Of a stretch of 64,000 nt of DNA, positions 32,001-41,578 are shown piece by piece; position 1 is the stretch's first letter; each line of letters opens with the position of its first letter. Under the pieces are notes generated by a model. That model was not told the origin of the DNA, ran no database searches, and was given only the letters and a program-made list of their open reading frames with translations. The position numbers and the translations under genes were made by a program. Source of the stretch: an uncultured Desulfospira sp. (GTDB taxonomy: Bacteria > Desulfobacterota > Desulfobacteria > Desulfobacterales > Desulfobacteraceae); NCBI GenBank assembly GCA_963663165.1, contig OY760175.1, positions 2,272,001 through 2,336,000 of the forward strand, in the 5' to 3' direction.

Positions 32001-32054
32001 AAGCTGAAGGCTAACAGCAGCTAACGGCTAACGGCTAAAAGCTAACCGCTAAAA
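32001..32054. repeat. Degenerate GCTAANR heptamer array
   Basis: gctgaag gctaaca ... gctaacg gctaacg gctaaaa gctaacc gctaaaa. Confidence 0.75.
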
Positions 32055-32067
32055 CAAGGAACACAGC

Positions 32068-32856
32068 ATGACCAGAATAGCCGGTGTAAAATTTAAACGG
32101 GCAGGCAAAATTTATGATTTTAAAAGTGACGCCTTTGTTCTGAACCCGGGCGACCATGTCATTGTGGAAACTGAACAGGGCTTAGGGTTTGGTATGGTGG
32201 CCATCCCCCCCCATGAAGCTGATGCCGGAGAAAAAAAGCTGAAACAAGTGGTTCGGGTGGCCACCCCGGCGGATCTCTCCCGGCGCAAAGACATTGAGCT
32301 GCTGGAAACCCGGGCCCAGGAGTTCTGCAAAGACTGCATTAACCGGTTAGGGCTTCTCATGAACCTGTTCTGCGTAGAAGGCACCTTTGACAGGAACAAG
32401 CTCACGTTTTTTTATACCGCTGACGGCAGAATCGATTTCAGGGAGCTGATCAAGCTCTTGGTCAAAGAGTTCAGCATCCGCATTGAAATGCGCCAGGTGG
32501 GCATCAGAAATCTGTCCAAACATTACGGCGGCATTGGAAAATGCGGCCGGGAGCTTTGCTGCTCATCCTTTTTATCCAACTTTGAGCCGGTTTCCATTAA
32601 GATGGCCAAGGAGCAGCACCTTTCTTTGAACCCCACCAAAATTTCCGGAGTATGCGGCCGCCTCATGTGCTGCCTGACCTACGAAAACGACACCTACAAA
32701 GCCTTGAAAAAGGATATGCCGAAATTGGGCAGAACCATCACCATTAAAGAAGGAAAAGGCAAAGTCATCCGGCAGAACATTTTAAAAGGGACCGTGACCC
32801 TTAAAATGGAAGATGACACTGAAATCGAAACAGAAACATCGAACCTGCAATCATAG
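32068..32856 (+). CDS. PSP1 domain protein (RicT/YaaT family)
   Basis: FFYTADGRIDFRELIK, RIEMRQVG, CGRELCC, KISGVCGRLMCCL; the usual holB-PSP1-metG order. Confidence 0.92.
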   Translation: MTRIAGVKFKRAGKIYDFKSDAFVLNPGDHVIVETEQGLGFGMVAIPPHEADAGEKKLKQVVRVATPADLSRRKDIELLETRAQEFCKDCINRLGLLMNLFCVEGTFDRNKLTFFYTADGRIDFRELIKLLVKEFSIRIEMRQVGIRNLSKHYGGIGKCGRELCCSSFLSNFEPVSIKMAKEQHLSLNPTKISGVCGRLMCCLTYENDTYKALKKDMPKLGRTITIKEGKGKVIRQNILKGTVTLKMEDDTEIETETSNLQS

Positions 32857-32866
32857 GGGACCCCAC

Positions 32867-34792
32867 ATGACCCGACCCGCACAATTTTTTACAACGCCCA
32901 TATATTATGTCAATGCAAAGCCCCATCTAGGGCATGCCTATACCACCATTGCCGCCGATGTGGCCACTCGGTTTAAACAGATGGACGGCTATGACACCTA
33001 TTTTCTGACCGGAACCGACGAGCATGGGGACAAAATTGTCCAGGCCGCTGAAAAAGAAAATTGCAGCCCCAAAGAATATGTGGACCAAATCAGCCGGTTA
33101 TTCCAGGACCTGTGGCCGGTGCTCAATATCAGCAACAACCAGTTTATCCGGACCACCAACCCCGGCCATATAAAGGTTGTTGAACAGATCTTAACCCGGA
33201 TCCACGACAGCGGCGACATCTATTTTTCAAGCTATGAAGGCCTGTACTGCTTTGGCTGTGAGCGGTTTTACCAGGAAAGGGAACTGACGGACGGCAAATG
33301 CCCGGACCACGGGACCGCGCCTGAGGTGATCAAGGAATCCAACTACTTTTTTAAAATGAGCCAATACCAGGACTGGCTTATTGACCACATCAAGGCCAAT
33401 CCTGATTTTATCCGGCCCGAACAGTATAAAAAAGAAATCCTTTCCTTTTTAAAGGAGCCTTTGGAAGACCTGTGCATTTCAAGGCCTAAAACCCGGCTGA
33501 CCTGGGGAATCACCCTGCCCTTTGACAAGGATTATGTCACCTATGTCTGGTTTGACGCCCTGGTCAACTATATTTCAGCTTTAGGGTTTCCCGACGGGGA
33601 CCTGCTCAAACAATTCTGGCCCACCACCCGCCATTTTGTGGCCAAGGACATTATCAAGCCCCACGGCATCTACTGGCCCATTATGCTCAAAGCGGCCGGG
33701 CTCGATATCTACAAGGGCCTGAATGTCCATGGATTCTGGAATGTCCGGGGCAGCAAAATGTCCAAGAGCATCGGCAATGTCACGGATCCCGTGGAGGTCA
33801 CCGCAGAATACGGGGTAGACCCGTTCCGGTATTTTCTGATGAGAGAAATGGTCTTTGGCCGGGACGCCAACTTTACCGAAGACCAGATTGTCACCCGGAT
33901 CAATTCCGACCTGGCCAATGACCTTGGCAACCTGTTCTCACGGGTGCTGACCATGACCAACCGGTCCTGCCCTGAAGGGTTTTCAAATCAGATCCCGGAG
34001 CTTGCGGCCCGGGAAACTGAATACTCTCTCAAGGACAGTGCCCAGCAGGCGTTGGATGAATTCAAGCTGGCCATGGACCAGTGCGAATTTCATAACGGCA
34101 CCGCGGCTGTCTGGTCATTTATCAGCCTTATGAACAAGTACATCGACACCCGGGAGCCCTGGGCCCTGGCAAAAGACGAAACAAAGCGCCAAGACCTTGA
34201 ACTGGTCCTCTACAATCTTGTGGAAGGCCTTCGGGTGGTGGCCTGTCTGATCTATCCGGTCATGCCGGACACCGCTAAAAAAATGCAGGCGGCCCTGGGA
34301 CTGAATACAGACAATAACGGCCTGGTCCCCCTCCACACCATTATGCCCTGGGGGCAGACCGCCTTTGGAACCGGTTTTGAAAAACCAGCCATCCTGTTTC
34401 CCAGGATTGAGGAAAAGCCCAAAGAAACTGAACCGGTCCAGGCCAAACCCTTTAAACCGGCATTGAAAGATCAGATTTCCATTGAGGATTTTTCAAAAGT
34501 CGATTTGAGGACCGGCACCATTTTAAGTGCCCAAAAAGTTGAAAACTCCAGCAAGCTTCTCAAACTGATCGTTGACCTCGGGGTTGAAAAGCGGCAGATT
34601 ATTGCGGGCATCGGGAAAACCTATTCGCCTGAAAGCCTGACCGGAAAACAGGTGATTGTGGTGGCCAACCTTAAGGAAGCCAAAATCATGGGAGAGGTTT
34701 CCCAGGGCATGGTCCTGGCCGTGAAAGACAAAAAAAATCTGGTCCTTTCGGGGGTGGAAAGTCAGACAGCCAACGGCAAACCAGTACAATAA
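32867..34792 (+). CDS. metG: Methionine--tRNA ligase with C-terminal tRNA-binding domain
   Basis: TTPIYYVNAKPHLGH, GTDEHG, YVWFDAL, KMSKS; likely ATG at 32867. Confidence 0.97.
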   Translation: MTRPAQFFTTPIYYVNAKPHLGHAYTTIAADVATRFKQMDGYDTYFLTGTDEHGDKIVQAAEKENCSPKEYVDQISRLFQDLWPVLNISNNQFIRTTNPGHIKVVEQILTRIHDSGDIYFSSYEGLYCFGCERFYQERELTDGKCPDHGTAPEVIKESNYFFKMSQYQDWLIDHIKANPDFIRPEQYKKEILSFLKEPLEDLCISRPKTRLTWGITLPFDKDYVTYVWFDALVNYISALGFPDGDLLKQFWPTTRHFVAKDIIKPHGIYWPIMLKAAGLDIYKGLNVHGFWNVRGSKMSKSIGNVTDPVEVTAEYGVDPFRYFLMREMVFGRDANFTEDQIVTRINSDLANDLGNLFSRVLTMTNRSCPEGFSNQIPELAARETEYSLKDSAQQALDEFKLAMDQCEFHNGTAAVWSFISLMNKYIDTREPWALAKDETKRQDLELVLYNLVEGLRVVACLIYPVMPDTAKKMQAALGLNTDNNGLVPLHTIMPWGQTAFGTGFEKPAILFPRIEEKPKETEPVQAKPFKPALKDQISIEDFSKVDLRTGTILSAQKVENSSKLLKLIVDLGVEKRQIIAGIGKTYSPESLTGKQVIVVANLKEAKIMGEVSQGMVLAVKDKKNLVLSGVESQTANGKPVQ

Positions 34793-34842
34793 TAATGGAT
34801 AATGATAAGCCGCCCGCGCCGGTTTAACTTCAAGAGTTCCTT

Positions 34843-36210
34843 TTGTATACAGATAACAAAGAAAAATCCTGGCAACGGTATCAGGCAGATTTTTTACTCC
34901 AGAAAAAAAAGAAGTCTGTTTTTTCAAAATTCCGGGGGCTTATCCTGGTCTTTCTGATTGGATGTACGGCCATTGGCACAACAGGCCTTTTTTTGTTTTC
35001 AGGGAAAACAAAAAAAATGCCCCGGCCTGTTGAGCCGCCTCCCCTGACAGCAGCCTTGTCCAAAAAACAGTTAAAACCGCTCATCAAAGACCTTGGTTTT
35101 TTAAATTCCACAAAGACCACGTTTACTGCAGGTAACGGGACGGAAAATTTTAAAATTTTTACCAGTTTAAAGCCTGAACTTCAGGCCTTTCTGGTCTCCA
35201 CCCTTGAGCATTCGAAAACATTAACCCGGGGCAAACCCCAGCGCATCGGCATAGTGGTCATGGAAGGCAGTTCCGGCCATATTCTGGCCATGGCCGGATT
35301 TGACCTCGAAGACCCAAAGGCAAACCCGTGTACCGTATCCGACTATCCGGCCGCCAGTGTTTTTAAAATTGTAACGGCCACAGCCGCCATTGACGCCATG
35401 GGGTATACCCCCCATACCCCCCTTTATTTTAACGGCAACAAATACACCCTTTACAAACGCCAGCTCAAGGACCTGCAAAACCAATATACAGTGGAAACCA
35501 GCCTGGCCAAGGCCTTTGCCCAGTCCATCAACCCGGTGTTCGGCAAATTGGGAAAAAACGTTCTGGGACCCGAAAAACTGCAATCCTATGCCCGGGCCTT
35601 CGGGTTTAACCTGCCCCCCCTGTCAGAGCTTGAGTTTGAGCCGGGCCGGTTTAATATCGGCCAGGGCGGCTACCATCTGGCCGAACTTGGCTGCGGCTTT
35701 AACACCGATACCCGGATTTCCCCCATATTTGCCGCCGTGATGGCCGGCACGGTTCTCAATCAGGGAAAATCCCCGGTACCGGTCATTGTTTCCAAAGTGG
35801 CCAACGCAAACGGAGAAGTTGTTTACAAAGCTAGAAAAGAATTTTATAACCCCTGTATGACCCCCCAAAGTGCCAAAAAAATGATGACGCTCATGAAAAC
35901 CACCATTTCGCACGGGACAGCCAGGAAAAGCTTCCGGGGCGTTTCATCTGATGCCGTGTTGTCAAATCTGGTCATCGGGGGAAAAACAGGGTCCCTGTTT
36001 AACAAAGAACATACGATAAAATATGACTGGTTTACCGGTTTCGGAAAAGAAAAAACCTCAGGGAAATCCATTGCCCTTGCCGTCGTTGTGGGACACCGGG
36101 AATACATTGGGACCCGGGCCTGCAGTTACGGCAAAATGATTTTAAAACAATATTTCACCCAGACAGGCACCGCCTTGACCTCAACCACCCAGGATAACGG
36201 GAATAGCTGA
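34843..36210 (+). CDS. Penicillin-binding protein, transpeptidase domain with N-terminal TM
   Basis: SxxK (ASVFK), SxN (QSIN), KTG (GGKTGS). Confidence 0.88.
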   Translation: MYTDNKEKSWQRYQADFLLQKKKKSVFSKFRGLILVFLIGCTAIGTTGLFLFSGKTKKMPRPVEPPPLTAALSKKQLKPLIKDLGFLNSTKTTFTAGNGTENFKIFTSLKPELQAFLVSTLEHSKTLTRGKPQRIGIVVMEGSSGHILAMAGFDLEDPKANPCTVSDYPAASVFKIVTATAAIDAMGYTPHTPLYFNGNKYTLYKRQLKDLQNQYTVETSLAKAFAQSINPVFGKLGKNVLGPEKLQSYARAFGFNLPPLSELEFEPGRFNIGQGGYHLAELGCGFNTDTRISPIFAAVMAGTVLNQGKSPVPVIVSKVANANGEVVYKARKEFYNPCMTPQSAKKMMTLMKTTISHGTARKSFRGVSSDAVLSNLVIGGKTGSLFNKEHTIKYDWFTGFGKEKTSGKSIALAVVVGHREYIGTRACSYGKMILKQYFTQTGTALTSTTQDNGNS

Positions 36211-36266
36211 TTGTAACCTAAAAACTGATTATAACGTAAAAGCCGATTCTAGTTTGGAGGACAACC

Positions 36267-39200
36267 ATGGGGAAAACAAATTTTATCCAGAAAATCAAAA
36301 ACCTGGCCAGACTGAACATTGCTGTAGGGCAATCCCTAAACCAGGCCCGGAAAAACACCTTGATCCTGCTTCCGTTTCAGGAGAATGTCCTGTCCTGCGG
36401 GATCTGCGCCTTTGTGGCATTTAAAGGGGCGGATTCCGGCACTTCATTTGATATGGCTCCGTTTATCCGGGAAATACAAGACATCTGCCTTGGCATCCTG
36501 CCCGAATCTTTAGACGATTTCTGCCTTGAGGACCAATTTTTAGGGGGAGACGATGCCCGGCTTGATCAATTATTCGACGCAGCCCAGGAATTTAAAAAAG
36601 AACATATTTTCCAAGCCCTTTATTTAAGTGGTGAAAACACCCGACAGCTTTCCGAGATGGTAGACGCTTTGGCCAAAGTGCTTGAACAGCAGAAGACCAC
36701 CTTTCGGCAGGTGGAATCCAAGCTCGAAGCGGCCAACGTCAAAACCGGCGCCGGCCGCCTGGAAAAACTTTCAGACATTCACTGGTGCCTGAAAAAAGAG
36801 GTGTTGGACAATATTGATGCCATAAAAAATTTATATGTGGTCAAGGACCAGGCCATCCATCCCGAAGGCTTGATGATTTTTAAACGAATCAACGCCGTGC
36901 TGAACAGCCTTGACCGCCTTGAGGTCCGGGGGAGGGATTCCGCCGGTATTTCTGCCGTTTTTACTTTGAGCAAAAACGAGTTTGAAGCCTTCCGGTCCGA
37001 ACTGGTCAAAGAAGGCCTTTCCGACCGCCTTAAGGCCCGGACCAACCACCTGGTCCTGTCCAACAACACCATAACCATCAGCGACTCCTTTTCCCCTTCC
37101 GGGGACCACCTGGTCAGTATCGCCTTTGTTTATAAATTTGCCGCTGAAATCGGTGCATTAGGGGATAACATCGCCTTTATCCGCAGCCAGATTAAAAACG
37201 ATCTGCTTCTCCAGCTGTTAAGCCGGTTTACCTTTGAATCCACCTCCATTTCCGCCCATACCCGGTGGGCTTCAGTGGGCGACATCACCGAGGCCAACTG
37301 TCATCCCGTGGACAATACCCCCACAGACCGGGAAATCGATAAATCCGGGATTATCCATGTCTGCCTTAACGGGGACATTGACAACTACCTGGAGCTTAAA
37401 ACCGAATACGAAGCCAATTACGATAAAATCCATGAAAGCATTAACACGGACACCAAGCTGATCCCCCTCCAGATTGAAACCTATCTCAAACAGGGGCGGG
37501 AGATTGAAGAGGCGTTCCGCCTGGCCGTAAATGACTTTGAAGGCTCCCATGCCATCAGCATGCACTCCAACCTTTCACCGGGCAAGTTGTTCCTGGCCCA
37601 GAAAGGCAGCGGCCAGGCCATTTTCGTGGGCATTGCCCCGGACCATTACATTGCGGCTTCCGAACTCTACGGTGTGATTGAAGAAACCCGGGAATATATC
37701 AAGCTAAACGGGGAAGACAAAGGCCAGATCATGATCCTGGACCAGCATTCTCCCGGCGGCATAGAGGGAATCCGTTCCTTTTACTATAACGGGGACCCCA
37801 TTGACATTAACGCCAATGACCTGCTGCGCAGCCAGATCACCTCAAGGGACATTGACCGCCAGAATTTCCCCCATTATTTCTTAAAGGAAATCTCTGAATC
37901 TCCCGGCTCCGTTGAAAAAACCCTGGAAAACAAATTCAGGCAGATCCCGGGCTCCGGCCTTTTTGAAACCCGCCTGGATGAAACCGTGGTGCCCTTATCC
38001 ATTCAGGCGGATTTAACGAGCGGAAAAATCAAGAAGATTTACTTTATCGGCCAGGGAACCGCCGGGATTGCCGCCCAGGGGTGTGCGGACCTGCTCGGCC
38101 ATTACCTGGAGGGCCAGGACATTGAAATCCGGGCCCAGAAATCTTCCGAGCTGTCCGGCTTTTGCATCCTGAACTCAGAAGACTCGACCTGCTCCATGGA
38201 CAATACTTTGGTGGTAGCCATCAGCCAGTCCGGCACCACCACGGACACCAACCGGACCATTGACATGATCAAAGGATGCGGGGCCAGAACCATGGCCATT
38301 GTCAACCGGCGGGACTCGGATCTGACCTTCAAGGTGGAAGGGGTGCTTTACACCAGCTCGGGCCGAGACATTGAGATGTCCGTGGCCTCCACCAAGGCGT
38401 TTTATTCCCAGATCACGGCCGGGGCCATCCTAGGGCTTCATTTTGCTGCCATTACCGGGTCAAGGCCAAAAGAGTTTATTACCGAAGAAATCCGGGAACT
38501 TCTGGGCATTTCCGATAAAATGCGGGCCATCCTTGACATGAAAGAGCAGATCCGGACCTCGGCCGGCCGGCTGGCGGTGACCAAAAATTACTGGGCAACC
38601 GTGGGGTCCGGGGCCAACAAAACCTCGGCTGACGAAATCCGGATCAAATTATCCGAGCTTTGCTACAAGACCATTTCTTCAGACTATGTGGAAGACAAAA
38701 AGCACATTGACCTGTCCAGCGAACCGTTGATCATTGTCTGCGCTGCCGGAACTAGGGAAAGTGTTCTCGGGGACATCATCAAGGATACGGCCATTTTCCA
38801 TGCCCACAAGGCCACCCCGGTGGTCATCACCACCGAAGGGGAGGACCGGTTTGATCTTTATGCCGAGGATGTCTTTAAAATCCCCCGGATCAAAGAGCAT
38901 TTTGCCCCGGTCCTCAATACCCTGGTAGGCCATATCTGGGGCTACTATGCGGCCCTTGCCATCAACGAAGGCTCCCGGTTCATGTACCGGGGACGGGCCG
39001 AGGTTAAAGATTGTTTAGAGGAGTTCATCGACAAGGGGCATGATGAATATGAAGTGCTGCTGGAAAAGGCCTTCAGGGAAAAGATTGCCCAATTTTACAA
39101 CCAGTACTCCAAAAAACGGCGGGAAAACGGATTTCCGGCCGCCATGGGCCTGGACAATGCCACCAATATCACGTTGCTGCTCAAATACCTGTCCGGCAGA

Positions 39201-39968
39201 CTCCCGGTGTCAGACTTTGAGATCGATTTTCAGACCAAAGGGACCCCGGCCAACATGCTGAATGCCTTCTTTGAATCTATGGGCAAGGCCATCAATACCA
39301 TGGCAAGACCGGTGGACGCCATAAAGCACCAGGCCAAGACCGTCACCGTCGGCACCAGCCGGATCAGTGAAAAATTTGAAGGGCCCATATTTGATGAGCT
39401 TACGGCCAACGACATTCAGATCTCCCAGATCACCCATAAAAATGTCCTGGTCATGAAAAACCTCCAGGAAGTAATTTCAGAGGTCAAGGGGGCGCTGCTT
39501 TACCGGATCACAGGCTTAAGCCTTTTAGGTGACGTCACCCCGGAAACCCAAATCAGGGTGATCAAAAAATCCGGGGTACTTGAAAACGAAACCTCCCGGA
39601 CCGAAACCGACCATAAATTGATGGGGACCAAAAACATCATTGTCCGGGAAGGCAATGTTTACATCGGCAAGGGACGGAAAGACCAGCGAAGCATCCTGGT
39701 AATCCCGGTTATATCCGCCTCTCCGGACACGCCCAATATCATTGAATTTATCCTGTCCTTGAATGTGGGCTTTAAATCGTCAAAGGAAATCTCCCTGTTA
39801 AAGAAAATCAAGGCCTTGGGGGGAAAATACACGCGGCTCAAGGACTGGGTACTGGAAAGCAAGGCCACCCAGTGGGACGATAAATTCCTGAACCTGGTGG
39901 AGGTTGAAACCCTTTTCGGGGACACCGCTGAAAAGGTGGTGGACGCCATTATCAGCAAGCTGCAATAG
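36267..39968 (+). CDS. Large GlmS-like protein (Ntn glutamine amidotransferase plus two SIS domains, with extensions)
   Basis: CGI, LEVRGRDSAG, AHTRWAS, NCHP, NGDIDNY, TDT, AISQSGTTTDT, VASTKAF, AKTVTV. Confidence 0.85.
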   Translation: MGKTNFIQKIKNLARLNIAVGQSLNQARKNTLILLPFQENVLSCGICAFVAFKGADSGTSFDMAPFIREIQDICLGILPESLDDFCLEDQFLGGDDARLDQLFDAAQEFKKEHIFQALYLSGENTRQLSEMVDALAKVLEQQKTTFRQVESKLEAANVKTGAGRLEKLSDIHWCLKKEVLDNIDAIKNLYVVKDQAIHPEGLMIFKRINAVLNSLDRLEVRGRDSAGISAVFTLSKNEFEAFRSELVKEGLSDRLKARTNHLVLSNNTITISDSFSPSGDHLVSIAFVYKFAAEIGALGDNIAFIRSQIKNDLLLQLLSRFTFESTSISAHTRWASVGDITEANCHPVDNTPTDREIDKSGIIHVCLNGDIDNYLELKTEYEANYDKIHESINTDTKLIPLQIETYLKQGREIEEAFRLAVNDFEGSHAISMHSNLSPGKLFLAQKGSGQAIFVGIAPDHYIAASELYGVIEETREYIKLNGEDKGQIMILDQHSPGGIEGIRSFYYNGDPIDINANDLLRSQITSRDIDRQNFPHYFLKEISESPGSVEKTLENKFRQIPGSGLFETRLDETVVPLSIQADLTSGKIKKIYFIGQGTAGIAAQGCADLLGHYLEGQDIEIRAQKSSELSGFCILNSEDSTCSMDNTLVVAISQSGTTTDTNRTIDMIKGCGARTMAIVNRRDSDLTFKVEGVLYTSSGRDIEMSVASTKAFYSQITAGAILGLHFAAITGSRPKEFITEEIRELLGISDKMRAILDMKEQIRTSAGRLAVTKNYWATVGSGANKTSADEIRIKLSELCYKTISSDYVEDKKHIDLSSEPLIIVCAAGTRESVLGDIIKDTAIFHAHKATPVVITTEGEDRFDLYAEDVFKIPRIKEHFAPVLNTLVGHIWGYYAALAINEGSRFMYRGRAEVKDCLEEFIDKGHDEYEVLLEKAFREKIAQFYNQYSKKRRENGFPAAMGLDNATNITLLLKYLSGRLPVSDFEIDFQTKGTPANMLNAFFESMGKAINTMARPVDAIKHQAKTVTVGTSRISEKFEGPIFDELTANDIQISQITHKNVLVMKNLQEVISEVKGALLYRITGLSLLGDVTPETQIRVIKKSGVLENETSRTETDHKLMGTKNIIVREGNVYIGKGRKDQRSILVIPVISASPDTPNIIEFILSLNVGFKSSKEISLLKKIKALGGKYTRLKDWVLESKATQWDDKFLNLVEVETLFGDTAEKVVDAIISKLQ

Positions 39969-39970
39969 CC

Positions 39971-41197
39971 ATGACCAAAGCGACGTCGCCGGGTAGAAAT
40001 CCGGAACCATCCTGCCCGGTTCTCCCGGCCAAAGCCGTCGGAGACGCATATAAAAAAGAGCTGATGTTCCGGTTCCTGATTGTCCTCACCCTCTGTTCCA
40101 CGGCCGGGCTTCAGTGCTGGCGGACCCTGTTTGACAACTTTGCCGTTCACGAGGGCGGGATCACCGGCCAGCACATGGGCATTCTCCAGTCCATCAGGGA
40201 AATTCCGGGGCTGCTGGCCCTGCTGGTGGCCTACGTGATTATTTTTATCCGGGAGTACCGGCTGTCGGCCCTTTCCATTATTTTTCTGGGGGCCGGCATT
40301 TTTTTAACCGGCCTGATGCCCCGTTTTCCCGGCCTGGTGTTTACCACCCTGGTCATGAGTTTCGGGTTTCACTATTATGAAACCACCAACCAGTCCTTAA
40401 CCCTACAGTACTTTGATAAACAAACCTCTCCTCTGGTGCTGGCCAGCATTCAAAAGGCCTCGGCCACGGCCAATATTCTGGCCGGGGTTTCGATTTTTAT
40501 TATTGCACCCTTTTTAAGCTACCAGGCCATGTTCATCCTGGCCGGCAGCCTGGTCTGCGCCTGCGGCATCTGGGCCATGACCCAGAACCCGGTCCAAAAA
40601 GAGCTGCCTGTCCAGAAAAAAGAACTGGTAATCAAAAAAGAATACTGGCTTTTCTATTTTTTAACCTTCATGGCCGGGGCCAGGCGGCAGATTTTCACGG
40701 CCTTTGCCGTTTTCCTGCTGGTGAAGCGATTTGATTTCACCGTCCAGGAAATAACCCTGCTGTTTCTGCTTAACAATATCGTTAAATTTGCCATCAGCCC
40801 GCTGATCGGCAAATTTATTGTCCGGTTCGGGGAGCGAAAGCTGTTGTCGGCGGAGTATTTTTTCCTGATCCTGATATTCACGGCCTATGCCTATACCGAG
40901 TCCAGAATGGTGGTGGGGTTTCTCTATGTGATGGACCATATCTTCTTTGGGTTCAGCATGGGCATCAAGACCTATTTCCATAAAATCGCCAACCCCGAGG
41001 ACATTGCCCCGAGCGCAGCCGTGGGCTTTACCATCAACCATATTGCCGCCGTTGTCCTTCCCGTAATCGGCGGTTTTCTCTGGATGGTGGATTATAAGAT
41101 ACCGTTTATCGCAGGGGCCGGAATCAGCTTTATCTCCCTTTGCCTGGTCCAGCTGATCCGGGTTCCGGATCAGGCAGACGGACAAGCCGAAGTCTGA
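39971..41197 (+). CDS. MFS transporter
   Basis: About 12 hydrophobic segments, REIPGLLA, INHIAAV; the true start may be downstream. Confidence 0.85.
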   Translation: MTKATSPGRNPEPSCPVLPAKAVGDAYKKELMFRFLIVLTLCSTAGLQCWRTLFDNFAVHEGGITGQHMGILQSIREIPGLLALLVAYVIIFIREYRLSALSIIFLGAGIFLTGLMPRFPGLVFTTLVMSFGFHYYETTNQSLTLQYFDKQTSPLVLASIQKASATANILAGVSIFIIAPFLSYQAMFILAGSLVCACGIWAMTQNPVQKELPVQKKELVIKKEYWLFYFLTFMAGARRQIFTAFAVFLLVKRFDFTVQEITLLFLLNNIVKFAISPLIGKFIVRFGERKLLSAEYFFLILIFTAYAYTESRMVVGFLYVMDHIFFGFSMGIKTYFHKIANPEDIAPSAAVGFTINHIAAVVLPVIGGFLWMVDYKIPFIAGAGISFISLCLVQLIRVPDQADGQAEV

Positions 41198-41578
41198 GTA
41201 TTTTTTTCACCGGCATCAGGGTCTGGTTATGGGCGGTAAAAAAATCATGTCATACTGAAACCCCGGCCCATGACTTTTAATAATAGTCTGCTCATTGGTT
41301 GCAATATCAAGGGGGATTTTATTTTTGACATAGTCTTCAGTGAAAAATTTCAACTGCCCCCACACAATGCTTCTATTATTTAATTTTACTTTCAGGTAGG
41401 CTCAAGTGAGCCTGTGTAAATAAAGTAACACTCAAAAATCACAAAAGGCCAGTTCCTGCGGTTCATTAGAACTCTTTAAAATTCAGGGGGGGGGCTATAA
41501 CTGGGCCTAATGATACTTAAATATTTTCACTAACGGATGGTTGTAGAAATTTTGCCTGGTCTAACGGCATCTTTATCC

